From the human T2T-CHM13v2.0 reference genome, Homo sapiens, in NCBI RefSeq assembly GCF_009914755.1, contig NC_060938.1: a stretch of 64,000 nt of DNA; one strand, given 5' to 3'. A program made the position numbers and the translations under genes. Within the stretch, counting starts at the first letter, position 1. Each line of letters begins with the position of its first letter. Below, one piece after another: positions 54,899-64,000 of this stretch. The notes beneath the pieces are model-generated. The model was not told the origin of the DNA. It saw nothing but the letters and a program-made list of their open reading frames with translations, and did not search any database.

Positions 54899-57183
54899 TG
54901 ATATGGTTTGGCTCTTACCCCACCCAAATCTCATCTTGAATTGTAACTCCCACAATTCCCACGTGTCATGGGAGGAACCTGATGGGAGGTTATTGAATTA
55001 TGGGGTTGAGTCTTTCCTGCGCTATTCTCATGATAGAGAATGAGTCTCATGAGATCTGATGGTTTCAGAAACAGGAGTTTCCCTGCATGAGCTCTCTTTG
55101 CTTGCCACCATCCATGTAAGACTTGACTTCTCCTCCTTGTCTTCTGCCATGATTGTAAGGCCCCCCAGCCATGTGGAACGTAAGTCCATTAAACCTTTTT
55201 TTCTTCCCAGTCTCGGATATGTCTTTATCAGCAGCATGAAAACAGACTAATAGAGTAAATTGATACCAGTAGAGTGGGGCATTGCTGAAAAGATACTTGA
55301 AAATGTGGAAACAACCTTGGAACTGGGTAACAGGCAGAGACTGGAACAGTTTGGAGGGCTCAGAAAAAGACAGGAAAATGTGGGAAAGTTTGGAACTTCC
55401 TAGAGACTTGTTGAATAGCTTGGACAAAAATGCTGATAGTGATATGAACGATAAGGTTCAGGCTGAGGTGGTCTCAGACAAAGATGAAGAACTTGTTGGG
55501 AACTGGAGCAAAGATGACTCTGGTTATGTTCAGCAAAGAGACTCAAGGCATTTTGCCCCTGCCCTAGAGATTTGTGAAACTTTGAACTTGAGAGAGATGA
55601 TGTAGGGTGTTTGGCAAAAGAAATCTCTAAGCAGCAAGGCATTCAAGAGGTGCTATTGAAGGTGCTGTTAAAGGCATTCAGTTTTATAAGGGAAATAGAG
55701 CATAAAGTTTGGAAAATTTGCAGCCTGACAATATGATAGAAAAGAAAATCCCATCTTCCGAGGAGAAATTCAAGCTGGCTGCAGAAATTTGCATAAGTAA
55801 CGAGGAGCCAAATGTTAATCCCGAAGACAATGGGGAAAATATCTCCAGGGCATGTCAGAGGTTTTCACAGTAGCCCCTCCCATCACAGGCCCGGAGGCCT
55901 AGGAAAATAATGGCTTTGTGGGCCAGGCCCAGGGTCCCCGTGCTGTGTGCAGTCTAGGGATTTGGTGTCCTGTGTCCCAGACAATCCAGCCATGACTAAA
56001 AGGGGCCAAGGTACAGCTCAGGCTGTGGCTTCAGAGGGTGCAAGCCCCAAGCCTTGGTAGCTTCCGTGTGGTGTTGAGCCTGCAGGTGCACAGAAGTCAA
56101 GAATTGAGGTTTGGGAACTTCTGCCTAGATTTCCGAGGATGGTGGAAATGCCTGGATGTCCAGGTGGAAGTTTGCTTGAAGGGGCGGGGCTCTCATGGAG
56201 AACCTCTGCTAGGGCAGTGTGGAAGTGTGGGGTTGTAGCCCCAACAAAGAGTCCCTACTGGGGGCCCCTACTGGGGCACCACATAGCAGAGCTGTAAGAA
56301 GAAAGCCACTATCCTCCAGACCCCAGAATGGTCAATCCACCGACCGCTTGCACCATGTGCCTGGAAAAGCCAGACAATACCAGCCATGAAAGCAGCCAGG
56401 AGGGAGGCTGTGTCCTGCAAAGCCACAGGGGCAGAGCTGCCCAAGACCATGGGAACCCACCTCTTGCATCAGCATGACCTGGATGTGAGACATGGAGTCA
56501 AAGGAGATAATTTTGGAGCTCTAAGATTGGACTGCCCTGCTGGATTTCAGACTTGCATGGGGCCTGTAGCCCCTTTATTTTGGCCAGTTTCTCCCATTTG
56601 GAGTGGGTATACCCAATGCCTGAACCCCCATTGTATTTAGGAAGTAACTAACTTGCTTTTGATTTTACAGGCTTATAGGCAGAAGGGCCTTGCCTTGTCT
56701 CCGATGAGATGTTGGACTGTAGACTTTTGAGTTAATGCTGAAATGAGTTAAGATTCTGGGGGACTGTTGGCAAGGCATGATTGGTTTTGAAATGTGAGGA
56801 CATGATATTTGAGAGGGGCCAGGGCAGAATGATATGGTTTGGCTGTGTCCCCACCCAAATCTCATCTCGAATTGTAACTCTCACAATTCCCACGTGTCAT
56901 GAGAGGAACCCAGTGGGAGGTAATTGAATCATGGAGGTGGGTTTTCCCATGCTATTCTCGTGATAGTGAATGTGTCTCATGAGATCTGGTGGTTTTAAAA
57001 ACAGGAGTTTCCCTTCACAAGCTCTCTTTGCCTGCCGCCATCCATGTAAGGCATGACTTGCTCCTCCTTGCCCTCTGCCATGACTGTGAGGCCTTCCCAG
57101 CCATGTGGAACTATAAGTCCATTAAACCTCTTTTTTGCCAGTCTCGGGTACCTTTATCAGCAGCATGAAAACAGAATAATACA
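54899..57183 (+). mobile_element. Full-length THE1A MaLR: 5' LTR 54899-55254, internal region 55255-56829, 3' LTR 56830-57183
   Basis: Both LTRs start TGATATGGTTTGGCT; perfect 5-bp TSD GGGAG (54894-54898, 57184-57188); polypurine tract gagaggggccagggcagaa before the 3' LTR; THE1A-type ccatccatgtaag; degenerate internal ORF remnants (55282, 56386). Confidence 0.95.
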
Positions 57184-58127
57184 GGGAGCTCAGTGCTTCT
57201 TCTGGTCCCACCTGCCTAGGCTGAGTGTCACCTGCCATTCATCTCTATGTTTGACCTCTTTCCTGTCCCTTGGCTCAAGTGCCGAGGTTCCTCTTGTCTC
57301 TGAGATATGTGAACCAAGTGATCTTATCACCTAGATTTTTAATCAGAATCTCAAGAAAGAGTTAGAGGGCCCCACATGATATTATTTTTTTAAATTGCAT
57401 CCAGTTTGATCATGGAGCAGTCAAGGTTTTCCTGATGGGGTGCATGGAGATTTTATTCCATTCTTGTTGATTTCCCTCTGGGTGTCCCAATCAGTAGGTG
57501 CAAGAGCTTTTCCACTTAGGATATTTAATTAATGAGAATCGAACCGGTAAAGAATGAACTCTATGGCTGGCTAAAGGTTTTCCTATGGGAAATTAAGACC
57601 CACTAACTGGAAATGGTGAAAAGTGACAAGTTCAGAGGAAACTCAGTACAGTCATTAAAAATGTATCAAGTCCTATACAGTAGCCAGTTGACACAGCACA
57701 GTCAAAGAAAAATAGCATCTCTAAGGTCTTGTTGGATACCATCCATGTTGATTTTGGATAATGCCCAAAAGCCTGTTTCTGGGGGAAAGGCTGCTCTTAA
57801 ACCTGGAATGCAGAACACTGGGCATGCCAAATGCCTCATTATTTATGAGTTCCATGCAGACAGTGATGCATGAAGGGTAAAAGACATGCCAATACCCTCT
57901 TCTTGGTGGGGTAGAGTGCTCCTGAAGATGATTTAGGAAGTGAGGTTTGAAACAGAGTCTATGGAGAGAGTCCTGGAGTTACCAGTGCTGGCAGGGGAGA
58001 AGGAGAAGACCATCAGAAAAGCAGTGGTAGCTATGTTAAGAATTGCATTATTATGTACTTACCTAAACGTTGGCAAGAATGCTGTTATTTAAGAATAAAA
58101 TCAATTTCATTTTGGGAAAGAGAACTC

Positions 58128-58422
<295 letters not shown>

Positions 58423-58848
58423 GGGAGCTCCATTCTTAAAGACACTTTTTGCAAACATTTACCTTGCAAAACATTTGTAGTGACTCCTCTGTGAACAACT
58501 CCATGTTGATTGGGAGGTAGAGAGAAACCCACTGCTAAACTACATCCATCTGTGCAGGTTTTTCTTTCTAATAATTGATATTCCATGAAAAGAGGAGAGG
58601 CTTTGTCATGGGGAAAATGTAGGTTATGAAACACAGATGCAGTAAGGGCACACTTAAAAAGAAAGAACAACACTGAGGTTTGCAGGCAAGACATAAGGAA
58701 ACATGGAGGACAGAGGTCAAAGGGAGCATTTTGGAGGAGCAGGAAAGCCCTCTAGTGATTAAGAGGATGGATGGGATCAAAAGATACAGAAGACCAGCTT
58801 TTCAGAATTGAGTGTTTTCATTTCTCTGCCTTTAAAGAAACATCACAA

Positions 58849-59187
<339 letters not shown>

Positions 59188-59261
59188 TTAATTTGCGCTG
59201 GGTGCTAAGCTTCCTCTGGGTATGGGGTGGACACTCCAAATAGGGGCCCCAATTCCAGTAA

Positions 59262-59440
59262 TTAAATGTATTGAGCCAGGCACTGCACTAAGTGCTAGTG
59301 TAAGTGCATCATCTCATTGGATCCTCACAACAACACTCCATGCAAGATGAGGAAACTGAGACAGGAAATTTGCTCCTCACTGCACAGCCAGCAGAAAGAG
59401 AGGCAGATCCGCTTGGCTCCAGGGACCACGCTTCTTCTAG
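59262..59440 (-). mobile_element. MIR SINE
   Basis: atcctcacaacaacactccatgcaagatgaggaaactgagac. Confidence 0.7.
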
Positions 59441-60697
59441 ATGTCTGTGTCACCCTCAAAGCCTCAGATTGTATTGTGAACTAATTAACTAGTTGAGCAG
59501 AACGTTCCCCAAACACATGGTGTAGAATTGCTATTGTTCTCCCAGCATTGATGAAGAAAATTAACTCGCAGTAATATCAGTTGGAGATGGAGTCAGTCCC
59601 ATTTCCACTTGATTTTATTCTTCCTTGATAGTTTTCTGAATAACAGCCTGTTACTATTGCCCTGATTTCTCTTTGCCACCTCTACATTTTAAGCAAATCT
59701 AGGGCAAGTCAGGAAGCAGGATGGATGCTTTTGATGCTGTATTCCGAGGCACCCCTGGTCCTCCCCAGTGTGCCCAGCCTAAATTAGATGAAGTGGAAAT
59801 GTTGCAAAAGGGCTGAAGGGGCCCCCATGGAGAGCAGATGGTGGTTGGGGTTATTTGAGGTTTCCTGTGGAGATTCTCTGTCTCCCATTCACTTGCAGAG
59901 AACATTATGGGCTGTCTCAGTTCCATAGGGTGGCATCCCTCCCAGCCATCCTCCCAGAGCATTCTAAAGTTTCCTTGTTCATGGGTGGAGATTTATGTCA
60001 AATCCTCATTCCTGGAACTCTGGAATACAGTCTGAAGTCTTGATATTTGGATTGCCTTGAATGTGCTTATTCTGTAACTGAATAAGTGCCTAGCATTTGG
60101 TAATACTGATTTATTATATAATTGACTTGCCATATTGGGATTTGTTTTAATGGGATTTGCAGGGGGTGCCATTTTCCACCTCTGGCCTCTTTCTCTCATG
60201 ACAGCAGATCTCTTCTGCTTGAGCTTTCACTCCATGGAGAAGGGTGAGACAGACATCTCTGAGGTCGTGCTGTCTGCATGGAACCAGGAGCTCCTTGTCT
60301 GTCTCTATCTCATTCCCCTGTGTGTGCCTGCACCTTGCACAGGGCTGGCATGCCATAGGCCTCAGTAAATATTTCCTGAGTAGATGAATCAATGGAAACT
60401 ACATCCCATCTGCTTTGACTATAATGTCCTTGCATTGTCTCCACTGAATGAGAACCAGGTATTCACATGACCTCCCAAAGTAATTGTTTCTTCTGACAGC
60501 CCCAAGTACTATGAGCCAGCCATAACACTTGTCTAGTGTTTGCTCAATTGAATTTTCACCAGTGAGGCAAATACGAAGGGCTTGGTTTTCATAATGAAAC
60601 AGATTCTATTTCTTGTAATCTATGAGTCAACTTCAGAGTATGGAGTACTTGCTTAACTTGTTTCCTCTTCCTGTGGCTAAACCAGATCAAGTCCTAG

Positions 60698-61137
<440 letters not shown>

Positions 61138-61779
61138 TATCAGGGACTTTTCTAAGAATTAAAGTTTTGTCTAGAATTGTGTGTTTGTCCCAAATTGTTT
61201 TTATCTTAACCATTTTGGTGAAAGCATTTAAAATAAATGGATTACGTGTTATCCCACCTCTTCAAAAAATGTGTGCCAAATATAATTTAAGCCCTTTTGG
61301 ATGTTTGAAGTTCATCTTTATGGGCAGAGAATCACAGCGTCTCTGTCAAAAAAGGCAACACCATCAAGGAACCACTGCGGCTAGCTTTATTTGTCCCTAC
61401 ATTAATCTGTGATATCTAGAGTCCTTTCTTTTCTCAGATGTCCTTTTGTGCTGAGATCAAGTGGCTCTTTCTAACAGGGGTGCATGGTACAATCTCCTAG
61501 GAAACTAAAAAAAATGTATAACTGCCGTGAAGACTTGACTGGGCTTTTGATTCAGTAGCTCTGAGACAGAGCCTTGGTAGCGCCATTTGAAACAAACACC
61601 AAAACTTCCTAAAGCGATTCTGATTTTTGCTCTTCCTTGAGAGTCAGTGTTATAGTCAACATATCTTCTGCTGCTTCTAATCAGCTATCTTATTTTTTTT
61701 TCAGATGTGTTTGGGTGAAGACCCCAGAAGGGCCTCTTTTTTCTTTTTCCCTACTAAGTTAGAGCAGTTATTCTCAAAC

Positions 61780-62639
61780 TTGTTCAGATGGTCTAAGAGT
61801 GGAAAAACTTAAGCTGTTTTTTTTTCTATTCTCTCAGTCAACAACGATCAACACAGAAGGCTTCTGTGACCAGAAGTGTGAGGGTATTATCCTATATATC
61901 AAGCAAGCCGGCGTCCTCTGCAGCAAACACCAGCTGGATGTCTTCTAATTCAGTTCAATTCTGACACTATCTATCTGGAGATCGAGTCAGATCTCACAGG
62001 TCGAGGGCTCAGTCCCTAACCTGCCCCCCACCTTCAGGTGTCAACTGCAGGCTCCGTGTTTGATCTGTGCTTCTGACTGACTGGCAATAAATCGGGTCCC
62101 ACAGCTCCCTCCTTGGGTTTGCTTACTTTGCTAGAGTGGCTCACAGAACTCAGGGAAACACTTAGGTTTACTGGTTTACTATAAAGGATATTACAAAGGA
62201 TACAGATGAAGAGATGCATAGGATAACACCTATAGGAAGAGGTGTGGAGCTTCCAGACCCTCTCCAGGGTGAACCACCCTCCAGGAACATCCATGTGTTC
62301 AGCAATCTGGAAGCTCTCCAAACCTTGTCCTTTGGGGTTTTTATAGAGACTTTATTATATAGACATGATTGATTAAACCATTGGCCATTGGTGATCAACT
62401 CAGCCTTCAGCTCCTCTCCCCTCCCTGGAGGTTGCGGTGTGGGGCTTTAAGTCCCAACTCTCTAATCATGCCTTGGTCTTTCTGGTGACCAGCCCCATTC
62501 TGAAACTACCTAGGGGCTGCCAGTCAACAGTCAACTCATTAACATACAAAAAGACATCACATTAGAGATTCTACAGATTTTAAGAGTTATACATCAGGAA
62601 CCAGGGACAAAGACCAAATATGTATTTTACAATATCACA
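61780..62639 (-). mobile_element. MER21-like LTR
   Basis: Ends ccagggacaaagaccaaatatgtattttacaatatcaca, the reverse complement of the MER21 start; body aattcagttcaattctgacactatcta. Confidence 0.8.
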
Positions 62640-63348
62640 GGTGGTGAGATGCCTGAATTCTTAGTCCTCTTTGCAAAATACAATAAAACATAATAAATTA
62701 TTCTCTTGTAAAAACTAGGAACAATTTTATTAGCAGTATATATGACCGTGTTTTCTGTATGATCTTAGTCAAGGCCCTTTTGCTTGCAAATATTAGGAAC
62801 TCACCTGAATCAGCTCAAGACAAATTGTTGATTGTATTGTAAGGATACATACAGGGGTAGTTCATGGAACTGCAGAGCAGGAAGCAAATTTGAGACTCAC
62901 AACAGTGCTAGGCCAGAAAGTGGAGAATCAGCAAGAATTGGCAGCCATTTTCTTGGGCTCTTGCCTTTGCTTCTCTCTTTCTTTTGCTTTTGACTTCTGC
63001 TTTCTGCTTCTTCTCATTCTTGGCTGCTGATCGCCACCCCTCAGCCCTGAGTTTTTGTCCCCTCAGTTGAAACAACTAACAATGACTGCCTACTGTTTCT
63101 TAATCCCAAGTTACATTCCTGAGAGAATCTGATTGGCCAAATATGGGGGTCAGGTGTTTATCCCTTGTCCACTGAGGTGCATCTTGGGGGCTTGGATCCA
63201 GCAGCACAAACATGGCTGCCACACGAAGTACTCAGGGAAGGGGAGTGGGAGATGAAACTCAAACCTTGTTTTCTATATTTTGTTCTACCTCTTACCGTAA
63301 ACCCTCCTTCCTATACACCCAGAAATGCCTCTGCCCAATAGAACCAGC

Positions 63349-63776
63349 TATCTTAGTTCATCCTGTGTTGCTATAACAGAACTGAGACTGGGTAATTTAT
63401 AAAGAAAAGAGGTTTCTTTAGTTTATAGTTTTGGAGGCTGGAAGTTCAAGGGCATGACCCTGGCTTCTGGCAAGGGCTTCTGTGGTGCATCTTAACATGG
63501 TGAAGGTCAAAGGGGAAGCAGACAGGCATGAACCCCAGGGGCATTCTGGCTTTATAACAACCCACTGTCAAGGGAACTGATCCATTCCCATGGAAACTAA
63601 TCCAGTCTCACCAAAGCGAGAACTCACTCAATGCCACAAGAATGACATCAAGCCATTCATGAGGGATCTGCCCCCTGTGACCCAAACACCTCCCTCTAGG
63701 CCCCACCTTCCACCACCACCACATTGGGGATCAAATTTCAGCATGAATTTTGGTGGGGACATATTCAAACCATAGC
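63349..63776 (-). mobile_element. MST-family MaLR LTR (MSTB/C-like)
   Basis: tatcttagttcatcctgtgttgctataacagaa...gggtaatttataaagaaaagagg...ggggacatattcaaaccatagc. Confidence 0.85.
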
Positions 63777-64000
63777 CAAACAATAGCACCAGCCATCTCA
63801 TTGACTGCCACAAACTGTATTCCCCATCCCTGATGGGAGAATATTCAAAGTCCTGTTGAGCTGCAGCACGCAGAGGCTCACGCTCCCCAGATATGAATGC
63901 TCACCAGCTGCCATTTGTGGACTAAGCAATCAGATTAAACCATGCACAACACGCCCAGTATACAATACTGGAAGAAAAACAAGACAATGGCAATGAACCA

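Noticed and set aside
55282-56640. THE1 internal-region ORF fragments
   Set aside because: Broken by frameshifts and stops; a non-autonomous MaLR remnant with no intact gene.

Overview
This is human (or near-identical great-ape) genomic DNA, recognisable as the TDP1-KCNK13 locus (14q32.11, from recalled protein sequences). The + strand carries the distal part of the last TDP1 intron, the terminal TDP1 exon (CDS 9271-9344; poly(A) signals at 9522 and 10943) and a ~17 kb repeat-rich intergenic region. These are followed by a ~2.3 kb CpG island with KCNK13 (THIK-1, K2P potassium channel) coding exon 1 (28408-28741) and the first ~35 kb of its large intron; exon 2 is not in the window. The rest is mostly Alu, MIR, L2, old L1, MaLR/ERV LTRs (including a complete THE1A element with a 5-bp TSD) and DNA-transposon MITEs. 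Nearly all other ORF-track entries are repeat-derived or GC artefacts, and no prokaryotic-type system is present. The most notable unexplained structures are: (i) a ~51-bp near-perfect, apparently non-TE hairpin ~1.1 kb past the TDP1 poly(A) signal; (ii) a strong-Kozak uORF in frame with KCNK13 and separated from it by a single TGA; (iii) a composite acceptor/donor plus cryptic PAS just upstream of the last TDP1 exon; and (iv) sense-oriented THE1 LTRs with intact splice donors around KCNK13. Repeat subfamily names come from recalled consensus sequences, and their boundaries are approximate unless a TSD is quoted.
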